A stretch of DNA of 54,562 nt, the filler included, from Jimgerdemannia flammicorona (Eukaryota): assembly GCA_003990765.1 (NCBI GenBank). It is 3 parts of 3 records of this genome, joined end to end, with 100 filler letters (N's around TTAATTAATTAA, not from the genome) between each part and the next. Parts side by side here need not be neighbours in the genome. Positions count along the whole stretch, not along the records: positions 1 to 18,122 come from RBNJ01002296.1; 2 more parts are not named here. One strand, written 5' to 3'. Shown one piece after another: positions 1 to 13,625 of this stretch. The position numbers were made by a program, and so were the translations under genes. Numbering within the stretch: the stretch's first letter is position 1; every line of letters starts with the position of its first letter. Below the pieces are notes generated by a model. The model had not been told where the DNA came from, did not search any database, and worked only from the letters and a program-made list of their open reading frames with translations.

Positions 1-3000
1 GCCAAAGCCCAACCTAAAGTAAGCCACTTCTTCCCTATCCCCCCTACCAATCTATCCCTCAAGTCCTCCCACCACCCCCATACTTCATCACCCCTACTCC
101 GTACCCCTAAGCGATCCCCAATTATCTGCCAAAAATCCCCCAACACCTCACACTCTCCTAGCTAATATTCTGGCATCTGTACATAACCCCTCTCCTGCCC
201 TACATTATGGCACTCCTTACAGTTGAAGCAACCCCCTACAACAAGGTGCCCTGAGTAAAAGTTGAGCATAATGTTTCTCTGCAGCATACACCACCAGACC
301 ACCCAGTACTTTGGTGGCAGCCAAGCTCTCACTGCAGCACTCCAGGTCCAAACACCATACCAGTTCCACTCTTTGCCAATTCCAACACCTTGCCAACCGC
401 TAGGCCACAGATTCTGGCCTGGTCCCCTTTAGCATTCCATTCCATCACCAATGTCAAACTCAACTAAAGGAGCACTACCCAGCAGTATATGATTCCATCT
501 CCACATCACCGGGTCCCAATCCTCTATGACTTTATTTCCCTGCCAATGAATACCAATGTAGTGCACTCCTTCTGCAATCCCCCACCAAAATCCTTTATAT
601 CATAGTTGGGCAGTGTTCTGAAGCCCAACCAAGGAGAGGAGATCACCAGATGAGCCCCTTGGCAATACCTGCCTCTCCCATATCTTCTGTAACAGAGGAA
701 CCCATCCACCTCCTCTCAACTCCACCACCCTCTTCAGCCACCATGCTCTCAAGCAGTGTAATCATTTTGGGAAGTCAACCAGCCCAAGACCACCTCTTGC
801 CACTGGTAGGGACAAGGTCTCCCAACTAATTTGACTCTGTCTGCCAGCCCAAATCCATCTCTTCACCGACTTCATCAATCTCTTCACTACCCAGGCTGGG
901 AAGTCCAGATGATATGCCAGGTACCACAACTTTGGCAGCCAGTAGACATTCAAAATCGAGACCCACCCTGCCAGAGAAAAATGTCTTCCCCCCCAACTCT
1001 GCAGAGCCTCCTCCCAGATTCCAATCCTCTGCTCCCACCAAAGCTTGGGCAGAACTGATCCATAGACTGACAAGTATATACCTAAGTACCGCACTGCTTC
1101 ACCAGCAGGGACAATTGTTCCTATAACTTCCCCTCCCACCAGGCTGTTACTGAGTACCATCATCTCACACTTATGCCAATTCAGCTTAGCTCCAGAATAC
1201 CCCTCATACCACTCCACAGTCCTCTTGAGCTCCTCAACATCCGCAATCAAACCCAAACCCACCACCATGTCATCAGCAAAGGCCCCAACCTTCCATCCTA
1301 TGCCAAAGACAGAGAGCCCCACTATCCTCTGCCTAATTCGGTCCATAAGTGGTTCCAGGGAAAGAGCATACAAAATGGGGGACAATGGATCCCCCTGGGG
1401 CACCCCCCTTCCCAAGGGGAATGCTACCCCTCTATGTCCATTATACGTGAGTGCAGCCCTACTCCCTTCCAGTAGGCTGACCATTGTTGACCGGAATTGA
1501 TGCGGTACCCCCATTCTATCCAAAACTTTCTCCAGCCAGACTCTTCGCACCCGGTCATATGCCTTCTCCTGATCCAGGAAGACTAGACACCCATCCAGTC
1601 CACAGGCCCTTGCCCCTTCGATAATGCCATGCACCCAGGCAGTGCCATCTCTGATGAGCTGACCACCCACAAATCCCCTCTGCTCAACACCCATGACTTG
1701 CTGGGCCACCTTCTGTAGTCTCGCCACCACCACCTTAGTTACCAACTTTCTGTCTATATCTAGCAGCATTATCAGCCGCCAGTTCTTCCAATCCTCCCGC
1801 CTTCCTTTGTTTTTGTAAAGCAGTGTCACCAGCCCAAGGTCCTGCTCTCCCACCCACCTCCCTGTCTGTAGAATAAGGTCACACAATACTGTCATCTCTC
1901 CCATCACCCCTGGGACTCCAACCATTCGCTTCCAAAAGTCCCAGGGCAGACCATCCTCCCCAGGTGCCATACCGGATGTTGTCATGCCAAGAACCTGGTG
2001 GATCTCATCCTCCTGTACAGGCATCACCAGGTCCCCTAGCCCTTTGACTTGTGGTGGGTGCCAATCCTCCAATATTCGTCAATTGTAGCAGCATCTGCTC
2101 CACCCTCCTCCTCACTCCACAATCCACTCCATCTCTCCTTCAGCGATCCAAGAATGTCCTGTACACCATGCACCAGTACCCCATCAGAGTCCAATACCCC
2201 TTCCCACCATTGCTGGACCCACCTCGCCCTAAGGGCCCTTGTAAGAAGCTTGGAAGGCCTCTCTCCTTCCTCCAGATCCTGCCAGCAAAGACGTGCTGCA
2301 AAGCTCTGTACCCTTGCCTCTTCCTCCTCCTGCAGCACCTGTTGAAGTTCCCCAACCTCTATTTTCACCCTCATTAATCTCCAATCTTCTTCTCCCTCCA
2401 ACATCGTCAGCCTTGCCCACTCCTCCAGGAGTCTTGTCAATCTGGCAGAGGCCCAGTGCACTCTTTGTTTTCGCTGCTTCCCTGCCTCCTTGCCAGCCTC
2501 CTTCCAGTAAATCCTGGCCATTTTCTTCATCCTCATCCACTGAGTCCCAACTGTGGCCCCTTCCTGCCTCCAGTTCTCCACTCTCAGTTGAATGTCTTTA
2601 GCCCACTCATCCCACTGGGTCTTGTCATCTAACAAAGAGGAATTGAGGTGCCAATGTCCAGGCCCATCCCCACTTCCTCCAAAGCACCCCTGTCCCAAAA
2701 GCCCCCAGTGGTCTGACCATGGACACCATTCCACCTCCAATGATTTCCAAACATCTAGTCCCCAGTAGCAGGCTGTCAAAATCCAGTCAATTCGAGTCCC
2801 CAGACCCCCTGCCCAATGTGTATAGACCCTCGGACTCCCCCAGCACTCCCTTCCAGCATCCAATAATGCACTTAGTCTTTCTACTTCCTCCCATGCCACC
2901 AGTCCTCCACTCCTGCTCTCAGCACCTCGTCCTCCATCTGTTCTATCCAGCAGTATATCCCTAACCATATTGAAATCTCCCCCGAGCACATCCACCCCAG

Positions 3001-5444
3001 CCTCCACAAGTAATCCACTCTCCTGTAAGCCTTTCACCCAATCTACTCTCTCACCCCATACTGCAGGGCAGTAGCAGGAGCTAACCATAACTGACCCCCA
3101 GCCTGCCCAAATCCACTCTCCCCAGACCAGTCTCCTCCCAGCACCACACATTCTGTATCTCCCCTCTGCCTTTCCTAACCAAAATCCCAACCTTGCCCTT
3201 CCAAATCACCACACCTCCCCATTTCTTCATCCATTCTAACCTATCAGAGTCATCTTCACACCGGACATTCTGCAAGAGGAAGAGATCGGCCTCCAATCCC
3301 TTCATCCAAGTAAAAATGTTCCTATGTTGAGAAGTGCCCCGTAACCCATTCACGTTCAAAGAGAAAATGTTAGTTGTACTGTTCATATTGATGATATATG
3401 TGATGTCGTCAATCAGCCTCTACTGCTCCATGCTCATCTCCTCCTGCACCTTGTCCAAATTATGTTCTGCATCCACCTCCTCCTCTTCTGCCCTCTGAGC
3501 CTCCAATCCAGCCAGTAGTTCATTCATCTCTCCATTGGCCTTCTCCTCAAACTCCTCTTGGTATTCGATGCATGCCTCCTGCCAGAGCTGTAGTCCATGT
3601 CACTTGTTCCAGCAGTATTCAGCCCTTTCTCCAGCAACAACTGCCATCTCCTCCTCCCTCTCCTTATCCACCTCATACCCTTCTTCCTCCAGGTACACCG
3701 CAAGAATTTCCGCCTTCAATGCCTTCATTACACCATCCCCCTGCAGTATTCCTGCCCAATGCTCATCACTCATCACTCGCAAGTCCACTTCCCCCAACTC
3801 TTCCACCACCAGGTTATTTATCATCCAGCACATCCAAAGTAAATTCCCCATCTCTTTCCCCCCTGGAGTCACCAGCCTCCCTCCATCCAACATTGTGGTG
3901 TCAGCTCCAGCACTTGCAGACTCATCCCATACTTCCGGGACATCCACCAATTCCTCCTCGCCAGCCACCACCACCTGTCCCCCATATGCTACCTCTGGAA
4001 CTCCAAATTGTACCCTCTGGGCCCCTCGTATTGGCACATCTTCTACCACCCTATTTCGGGATGCTGGGCCATATCTGATGAGAGGGGTAGGAGTAGGGGA
4101 GCCCACCCAGTCCTCCTCTCACACCTCCAGTATACCATCTGCATACAGGTCCTTCCCAGCCTTCTTCTTGTCCTCCCCTGCCTCCTTCTTGTCCTTCCCC
4201 TCCCCCTCACCAGCCCAGACACTCGCTTCAGCTCCCCCAGTGCCCTTCACCTTGCTTGCCTCTCTCAGTGGTCTGCTATCCAGCTTGGCCAGCAACTCCT
4301 TCTGCCTCTTACACCCCTGAGCCCTCTCCCACTGCTCCTTGGTCACTCGAATCTGCTTTCCATCCACCACCTCCAAGTGCGTCACCTCTACAAAAGCCTC
4401 CCAAGCCTTCGCTCGCCTCTCCACAGCACCACCCAGCTTTTCTAGTGCTTCCAGTAAATCCTCCTCCTCCTCCTCACTCCCCTTCACCCTTGTCACCTTA
4501 TACAGGATCGCTCCCCAGACCAATACCAAAGGCTAATCCCTTGCCTTCCCAGTGGCTTCTTTCCCAGCCAGCCAAATCCTCACATCCATGTCACCAGTCC
4601 TGAGCAAGGTCCCTTCCCAGACCCTGAACCCAATATCCACCACCTTGCCATATTCTGCCATGAAATCCTCAACTCTCTTCCTTGTCTCCATTGCTGTCAC
4701 CATCAGCACTCCTTTCACCAGCAGTTGGACCACCCTGGGGTCCCACTTCAGGCACCGCACCATTGGAACACACATCTCCCCAACCACCAATCCAACCTTC
4801 AGTGCCTCCTCCAGTGGCGCTGCCTCCTCAAAACCCACCTCCACTCCTTCCAGTCCCTTCAAAAACTTCACAGATGCTGCATCTGCCACCTGCTTAGTGA
4901 TGAGCTCCAGTACCATTTTCGCCATCACCGCCAGGCCCCGGAAGCACAGTATGACTGTGAATGCCAAAATCTATTTCTTGAGTAACAGGGCCACCACCAG
5001 ACCCATTACACTATCCGCCAAGTCCCCTTGTCTTCTAAGCCTCAGCCACTCAGCCTTGCCATCAGCTGTCACATCTGGATTTTTTTCCAGATCGACAGTC
5101 CCAACACCATCAGCAGTCATACCCCCCCCAGCCACTACTCCCCCAGCTCCACCACCCCCCCTTCCAAGGGCCACTCCCCCTGGCACTGTCATCTTCTCAG
5201 TCTCCTTGCCCTTCCTCAGCCAGCCCTCCAGCCCTGATGCCTGCTGTCTCCCCTTCACCATCTCCGCGAAGCTTGCTCTCCCAGATCCTGATCCTCCACC
5301 ACCTCCTCCACCCCTTCCACGTCCACCTGCCAGCAGGCCCCTCATACCTCCCCCCAGGCCTGGACCCCTTCCCACCTGCTGCCAGTCAAAAGTGCTTGGG
5401 TCACCCTGCCCAGTATGCACCTCAGGTTGCCTGTCGGTTACCAT
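1..5444 (-). mobile_element. L1/Tx1-like non-LTR retrotransposon (ORF1 + APE endonuclease-RT-CCHC ORF2), disrupted; 3' end runs off the window
   Basis: ORF2 starts at 3386 (FSLNVNGLR). APE motifs GGDFN, TRIDWIL and PWSDH lie in 2036-3190. RT motifs PGEDGLP, DQEKAYDRV, GVPQGDPLSPILY, FADD, YLGI and GGLGL lie in 762-2072. A C-terminal CFNCKEC...PEY*LGEC zinc-finger relic is near 140-240. ORF1 fragments span 5444-~3410. Frameshifts near 3090 and 2060, plus in-frame stops. Confidence 0.93.
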
Positions 5445-5914
5445 GTTGTTAGTCTCTTTTCACTGAAAACGATGTCAAAAGTGCCTTCCAAAGGTTGTGT
5501 AACCTGAATGATACTAGAAAGAGATGACCATCTAGTGAAGATTGTCATACTTCTTCCTATAGGCCTCCAGAATATCTTTGTAAATAGTATTGGTACTTGG
5601 TAAATATAAATCATACTTGAGAAGGCCAAAAATGCTATATAATTAGTTACTCTCAAAAGTTGTAAATGATTGGTCTGTATATATAATCTAGCAAATGAGT
5701 TAATTTCAAAATTTTGTCAAAAAATAAAACTAAATATTTTTAATTAAATAGAGTTATTGATATAGAAATAGTCAGGCAATCAGATAAATATATCCACCAT
5801 AGCTTAGATATTGGTTTTATCTGTTTCTGTATTATTTTTGATTTTGTTAGAGTATTTGTCTTTTATATATCAATATATATTCAAAATTGACCCATCAAGC
5901 ATTTTGAACTTTCC

Positions 5915-6120
5915 CCAAATATAAGAATAAAGTAGTATTCAAATTATAAGAAATCCTCAGATCTGACTTATTAATAATTCTGAGTCTGATCAACTTAGGA
6001 TATAAGTATAGTACTTCTACTAGTATAAGGACCTAAAAGTGATATCCAGACTCTACTACAACAGATAGTATAGAAATTCAGTACTTCCTTAAGAACTCAG
6101 AACTTAGGGCTAAAAGTTAC
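5915..6120 (-). repeat. Dispersed ~200-bp repeat (probable DNA-transposon end); inverted copy at ~16185-16380
   Basis: cagatctgacttattaataattctgag...aagaactcagaacttagggct here is the reverse complement of agccctaagttctgagttctt...ctcagaattattaataagtcagatctg at 16.2-16.35 kb. Confidence 0.7.
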
Positions 6121-8913
6121 CTTTGACTCTCTATAATATATTAATTCTATCAGTATATAGTTTTATTATATAAGCTTTATTGTAGATATCTCAGAGTATA
6201 GTATACTTCTTCTTGAATTTTAAGACTATTGACTCTTATTCTTCTTACTTTATCTCTTTATCTTCAGAAAGAAGATTTTCTTCATAAGTTGTAGTTTTAG
6301 AGATAAAAGGTAATAGAGATCAGGGGGGTATTTTAATCTGCTCTTCTTCATCTTCTCTATCTTCCTCTTAGATAGTTCTTCTATTTACTCTTCTAGATGA
6401 TCTTCTACTTATCTCTTCCTCTTCTCTATAAGATAAACTATCTTTTGAAGATAACTTTGATTAAATATAGATCTAGATCATAGTAGTCTTTATTATTACT
6501 TTCTTTAAAGTCTTTTACTAGATAAGCTTTATTTTTCTTATACTGAGTTATATTCTTTTGATTTGATAGTTCTGGATCTCTTCAGTCACTCTTTTTATTA
6601 TTATATTCTGTGATATAGTATTCAAACTATCTACAGTAGAAGTATTAAACTTAAGCTCTGTCTTAAGATGAGTACTTTCTCTCTTCTTATAGCTTCTATT
6701 ATCTCTGAGTAGATAATCTTGGTTTCTTTATAGTGTATACTCTCTATTGTCTTATAGATAGCTTTGATTTTTACATATAGTGAGTTTTTTTTATTTATCT
6801 AACTAATCAGTCTAGTTTGGAGCTAAGATCTTAGATTTCATTCTTATTCTTCTTCTATTTCTTTGTAGATTCCTTTTCTCTTGAGTTTCCTTAGAGAATT
6901 CCTTAGAGAGTCTTAATCAGAAGGCTTTCTTGTCTTCTCTCTTATTATTATTCTAAGTGGTTCCTTGCTTGACATCAAAGTACATCTATTTATTTATCAG
7001 ACTTCTTAAACCTAAAGATACAGATATACTGAGTAATATTAGAAGAAATGTTATTTATAAAAATTATTGAATCAATGATATCTTAATTAGTAATACTAAA
7101 ATTAGTTATATGTATTCTCTTCTGAATTCTTATAAAGAATACTCATAGAGATTCTTTAAGATTTATCTTTATATTTATAATAGATTCTTGAGCTTTGTGA
7201 TAAGTTTCTATTCCTATATACTTCTTAATGAGCTAGTAGAAGATAGTTTCATACTGATCTGCATAGTAGTTTGTATCAGCTATAGCTTGTTTTAGGTTAG
7301 AGTTTAGATTATTTAAGATTCTGGTAAAGATTTCTTTGATCAGTTCTCTCAGTTGTATCTTAAAGACTACAATTTGTCTTTTAGAAGTAAGGTTCTTCAG
7401 GGCTGCAATTCCTTCAAGAGCATCTAGAAATTCCCTTAGATCTTCTTTTGGATATCTTGCAAATATAGAGATTGGTACTGTCATTTCATCATCATTATCT
7501 TCTAGCTCTTCTTCAGTTCTTAAATATATTTTACTTATTATAGATATATTGAGTCTGATTGAACTACTACAAGTTGAGAGGGTTGAAAGATATATACTTA
7601 GTCTTTAAAGTACTAGTATTTCTCTTAATATTTTTAAAGGTACTGAGCTCAGAGGATCTGCTGGTCCAGATAAAGATAAGATGGGAGGAACTTCTAAGAA
7701 AAATAGAAATCAGATAATATAGTCTTCAAGTTCTTGTGCAAGTTCATTAAAAAAATTTGAGTAGAATCTTCTATATTATCTGGCTGAGTCAGATTTCTTA
7801 ATAGTAAGTCTACTGATACTTCTGGGGTATTTACAAGCTGTTCTCTTGGTGATTGAGCTGGTACTAGTTGAGAATTTTGTACTATAATAGTCTCTAGTTG
7901 GAATTTTTCTGATACTGAATAGTTAGTAAGTCTTGAGGTAATCATTTTTCTTCTTGTCCAAATACTACTAATAGTTTGTTCTTCTATAGTAGTAGAGATT
8001 AGTATTGTATCAAATATATCCAGTTTGGCTATTGAGTTTTTGTAAGCTGAAAAGTTATATAGATTTTTGGAAAATCTTTTCAGTTGAGCCTCCAAATATA
8101 ATATATTAGCTCAATAGAGATAAATTACAAGATTGAGACTATAATATATATAGATTGGCTAGAGCCCTTAGTTATTTTATCAAAAGTAACAAAATGTTCA
8201 ATAGTTTCTAATACAAGTTCAGAAAGTATATAATGTAGACAATATCAGTAGTTTTTCTAATTAGACAGATTTAGTACAATATGATAAATTTGGCAGGTTT
8301 CTCTTAAGTAATATAAATTCTCATAAATATAATAGATTTCTCTTCTGGCTTAGTCTGGCAAGTATATTAAGAAGGCAGAGTTCTTGAATTCAGACTTAAT
8401 CTGGTAAGCAGATTAAAATTAGCAGACTTCTTTATATCAGAAAGTAGACTGAAGTAGAAAAGAAAGCTCACAATCTCCTAAGTAGTAGCTATAGAGTGGG
8501 TATTTCTCTTAAGTATTGTAATCCTTTCTAGATCAAGTGACTTTTGGCAGACATATCTATTAAAATATATTAGACAGACTTGTCTTTTACTTTTGAACTT
8601 TTTGGACTGAGGTTTATTTACTCTTATCACTGGGGTATTTTATATAATTGTGATTGCTAGCTGATTGCTATATGGCTAATTATAAAATACACAGTAAGGT
8701 TAATTTTAGGAAGGTGTTCTCTCAGAGGACAGGTGTTCCTTCAGGACACAGATGTTCCCTCAGAGTATAGGTGTACTCTGGATTCACAAAATTTGTCCTA
8801 ATTTAGTATGTCAGCTATTTATGCAATAGTGGTGCAAGGGGTAACTATGTGGAGTAACTATGCTGGGTATTTTGCATGTCATCTGGCTATACTATAATGT
8901 TTTGCTCATCACA
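6120..8913 (-). mobile_element. Decayed LTR retrotransposon 5' part (LTR ~8097-8913, PBS, gag relic)
   Basis: The minus strand begins TGTGATGAGC at 8913. A PBS-like TTTGGAGGCTCAAC lies at 8083-8096. Gag-like ISIFARYPKEDLREFLDALEGIAALKNLT starts at 7484. Heavily TA-enriched with many stops. Confidence 0.65.
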
Positions 8914-11377
8914 GTATATACAAAAAGGATTGCCTGATCAATTTTTGTTAACATAGAAAAATATATATTATGATGGGAGCTAGGATCGATTCCTTCAATA
9001 TTAATCAGTTAATCAGTTTTGGTTTCGACCCTCTCACTCTTCAAACATTAAAGACAGCACCTCATCAAAGACCAGAATAGCCAGCATTTAACAGGAACTG
9101 AGTTGCATTGCGGGTGGCTCGTGAATGCATTTATTATACTTAAAAGCACTTGGGATTTTGTTTGCACAATTTTTTATTTTACCGACATGACTATTATATG
9201 CTAAAATTATGGCATGACAGCTAAGGGGCATCCAAATGTTTTTCTGCAGCTCCGGTCAATCTTTGCCGACCGCAAGACTTTCATATCATTTACTTTCTCG
9301 CGAGGATGTCGCTGCAACATTCGTCACTCGTCCTCCGTCCACGTCAACGAGAGCGTAGCGAAAGACGAAGGTGACGCGCTCTATTTGCCTCCACGTTCAC
9401 CACGTGGTATAATGTCCTCTTGACTCGTGACAATACGAGAAATAGGCGCGCTAACGCTTGACCTGCCAATGCCTCCGTGGAAGGAAAATGAACGAACTGA
9501 ACTGAGGAGAAATAAATTCTTTCTCAATTAAGAATCAGTGCATTGCTCCCAAACAAGGTAACAGTCCGAGGAAAAGACGTCGACTGATCAATTGCATAAT
9601 AATAATGGCAAGAGACTCGGTGACCCATGAAAGGCGCCAGAAAATTAATGGGAAATCAACTGTATCGAAAGGGTTATTGACATATGGGTGAGTCGAGGAG
9701 TTTGAAAAAGGATGGCTTATGCATGAGAAATCTTTTTGTGGTAGACAATTCTCCGCAGGGGAGTTAATGCTGGTCCTAAACTTGCTGTTTCTATACTTGA
9801 ATGTTCTTGGCGTGCATTTCACGCTCGCCGTGAATAACAATGCCGCTGTGACTGCTTTCGCGCAGTCGAACCCCCGATTTACCTCGACTTCGGAGACCCA
9901 TAGGCCCAATTACCCCGATATACGGAAGGAATGACCCCGTAGTTGCACAACCCAGTCTTTTTTAGGTATATACATGTGTTATGATCTAATGAAACCGACG
10001 ATCTTTGATTCAAGTAAATATTAAATATTTATTAAAATATAAAATAAAAAATTAGTCTAGTTAGTTATTTATATAATAGTAAAAAGAGATTAATAATGAT
10101 ATTAATTATAAATATGGTATAATAAAATAATAAAATAAAGAGAGTATATAACTATATATACTAGAACTAGAAGAGATAGTAATATAAAATTCTATCTTAT
10201 ATTTAATTAAAATCTAATCTAAACATCTATTATATTAATACTTAAAATACTTCTATATTTATTAATCTATAATCTCAGATGAGCTCATATAGTTATATAA
10301 ATATATTGATTATATTTAAAATAAATATTTCTATAACAGTTGTAATGTTTAGTAACAAAATGGAACTCTATTATATCTTTATATCTCTTAATCTATATTT
10401 ATAACATATAAATTTATATGAATTTCTCTAATTTATCTATATATAAATTACTTTTGAAAATTTAATTTTCAATTTTAATAAACAAGGAAATTTAATATTT
10501 AAATATTTATAATATTTATAAATTTTTTATATGTAACTTTATGAATCATGCAAATTCACCTCCACTATAGGTTAAGGGCTATAGAAAACATTAGCAAAAC
10601 ATACAAAACACCGGTAGAACCCAGAACAAATGGAGCGCGTGCAATGTCGCAACCGCGCCGCATGAAGATATTATCTCTTCATACGATTACAATCCTCCAA
10701 GTCCGTACGGCAAACGAGGTGCAATTTCCACATGTCACACATTGTTGCTCCATTGGCGAATACGGATTAAATGGTCGCCGGCTATAAATTCAATTCATCC
10801 ACCTACTTGGAACAACCTAATGAGTAGTGGCGTTTATCATAGCACCGAGAGCGACGTTGCGGAGTTGACCTCGTTGTCGAGGATGGCGCGAACTTCAAAC
10901 AAAAGGAACCCGATTTCGATGTTTATGGAATCTGCACCAATTCGAGTTGGATTGAAAATGTTGACGTTGACGTTGACGTTCCCGAATTTCATTTTTGTTT
11001 CACTCACTGTGTACCTCTCTGTTGGTTACGTGCCACATTTTCCTTGTGAATACTCTATGTATGAAAAGAAGGATTTTATTTTGGCTGCCGCTGGTTTGAA
11101 TATGCAGATGCAATAATTTCGATAATTAGTACACGTATATTTACCTCGATGCAAACAATCTGCGATCGATGAGAATTTCTAGTTCCATTTTGGGTGTTGC
11201 TTACTTAGCAACTTATACTTCGTGTTCGGAACCAAATTACCGCAAATGTTTTATTCGGTTTCAATATACAACAGGTAAAGCAGGTGTGAATATCTTCAAC
11301 ATTTGTTAAATGCAACACGTGTGATGACAGTACAATTCAACATCGCTATCGCTATGGTGGAGAATGCGTGTGCGCCT

Positions 11378-12542
11378 TCATTTATCGACGGCCAACAGCT
11401 CAATCCTCCATTTCTCACACCACTTAGCGTTGTAGTAGTGAGTAAAACTCTCCCAGTTATACCTAGGAATTGAGAGTTGGGGGGCATTATTATGGCGCCA
11501 CACGGCCGTGTATTTTGGGATCCCATTGACGACATTTTGGTTGATGATTTGCAGCCTGTATCCCTGGCGTTGTAGCGTGGCATGCCTGGCTGCGTAGGCC
11601 TGGATAAAATGAGAATAAGGTGAATTTAGCTTCTTCGAAGAGCACAGAGGAGGACCGCGGCGGGAATGGGGGGGGGGGTGAATAGATACCTTGTACGTCA
11701 CCTCGTTCACCTGTTCTTCGAGTGTTCTCGAGTTCGATTTTTGCCAAACAGCCGAGTAAAAGATAGTGCCATTATTATTGAAGGTCTCGAGGATGTGGAG
11801 GTGATAGTTGATGCGCCGTTGGGCCATGTCCTTTTTAATATAATCGCTCCGACTCATTTCGTAAGCTAGTTGTGGTGGTTGGAAAGGTGTGAGACCGTGT
11901 GCGAACCGCAACCAACGATCATATAACATTACGAAGGCCCTGCAGTATTTGAAGAGAAGGTATACCTTGTACGTCATCGATATTGGACTTCCGCAAGACG
12001 GCGGTGTAATACACTTTGTTATCCAAAACATATTGGTTAAGAATATCGATCCTCCACCCCTGCTGCCGCAGACCTTTAATCTTGACCAAGAAGTCCGCCT
12101 TTTCAAACCCGTACACCTCGGTATGGTTTTCCCCGGTGAGCCTCCACACTGCTGTGTAATAGACCTTATTGTCGACAACGCGCTCTCGGAGGATGTGTAG
12201 GAGCCACCCCTTCGACCTTAATTCACTCAACCTCTTACTGTAATGTGTGGTCGTGGTATCATATAATGAAGTCTCATTAACGTAAGCGCTTTCCCGAGAA
12301 AATGCTGCAGTCAGCCTGAAGTCGTTGTTGGGTTTGAACTTGGCTGTCCATGTCGGGAGGGGGCACGTGATTGGCAAGCCGGTGATGTTAGTCGGCATGG
12401 TGACGGTGACATTGTGATGGGTGACATTGTGATGGGTAGGGACTGTGACGTTGGTCGAGTCGTTAGGGTCGGCGTGGGCAGCCGGGGTCAGTAAGGCCAA
12501 GAGAAGGAGCAAGTAGATACTTGCAATAATAGTTGGGCGCAT
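11378..12542 (-). CDS. Secreted protein (~324 aa) of ~5 BTRD1 / polyglycine-hydrolase-like ~50-aa repeats; 3 exons (12542-11966, 11865-11690, 11599-11378)
   Basis: Signal peptide MRPTIIASIYLLLLLALLTPAAHA, then an N-x-T/S-rich linker. Repeats have the form L..QGW/Y.L..L.......YY(T/S)AVW(R/Q). Two GT-AG introns join the frames without stops. Confidence 0.82.
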
Positions 12543-13590
12543 GGTTAAGCTCGACCTCTTGGTCGAGTTTGGAATAGTCGGTTTTTATTGCGTCCGCAAT
12601 ATTTTGGTTGGCCAACCCGAGTCCCTTTGCTATATTGAGATGTTTGATTTGCGCTATCAACAAACACATATGCACGCCTCGAAAAACCGAAATAACCTTA
12701 GGTATTTTGGTCCGTCCGCCATTAATGGAAAACTCAAGCGTAAGTAAAGCCCCATAAGTCGAGCGGCGCATGTAGGGAAACCATTGGGTTCAAACCGAAC
12801 ATCGGGATTGAACATTTCTATTTTATTCTAATAATCCGAACCCGTTACCAACAACTGCCCATGGGGTGTTTAAAGGACTCATTTTATTGAATCATAATAA
12901 TCCTGGTCATAATTTACCAATTTTTCTTAGCCTTTTCTTTTCAATTAATGTTAACATAGCACACGTTACCTTTCCATTGTTTTCAAGCCGTCAAAAACTG
13001 GCCTTTAATTTCCGGCGCCGCTGTCCAAAATAAATGCAACGGAGATGTCAGTTGTATGTCGCGCTTATATGGGTCTTGGAAATGTGATTCAACGAAGCCA
13101 GGAGGTTCAACGACGCCGGCGAATTGAAAAGGACACGAATTTCGTCACGCAGTCACGCCTAAAAAATTAGATACAAGGTTATTAATAAATCGGCTCCAGA
13201 AAGAAGCCATTGCTCTTCATTTGTCGATTTCCCGCAGTCCTTCCAATTATAGCGTTGGAATGTTTGGCCACAAGGTAGCACCCATTGACACGCGATCGCT
13301 TCTCTATTAGCGCACCTGACAAACAGCTTTTGAACGTCGAGTCATGGATGTCCACCCTTAAATTTGAAGGCAGGTTCGCACTAAGCAACACAACAGATCA
13401 GAAGTGATACTAGTTAGAATGGCTGTAATGCGATTGAGCGTGAGTAAAGTAATGCTCTTGCCCGCTTACCATAGAATGTGAATATGCCAAATCAACGATG
13501 TGAATCTGGCTGCGGTCGAGACACATGTTACCAGTCACATGATATCAAATTATGTTGCCACCAGAATACAAATGAGACAGCCACTACTTG

Positions 13591-13625
<35 letters not shown>

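Noticed and set aside
831..5466. Many plus-strand Pro/Ser-rich ORFs
   Set aside because: Antisense shadows of the G-rich LINE
9200..11300. Short ORFs in the CpG-retaining segments around the AT-rich block at 9960-10545
   Set aside because: No recognisable motifs and no consistent spliced model
13182..13500. Possible minus-strand exon with a GTAAGC donor
   Set aside because: No supportable start or homology
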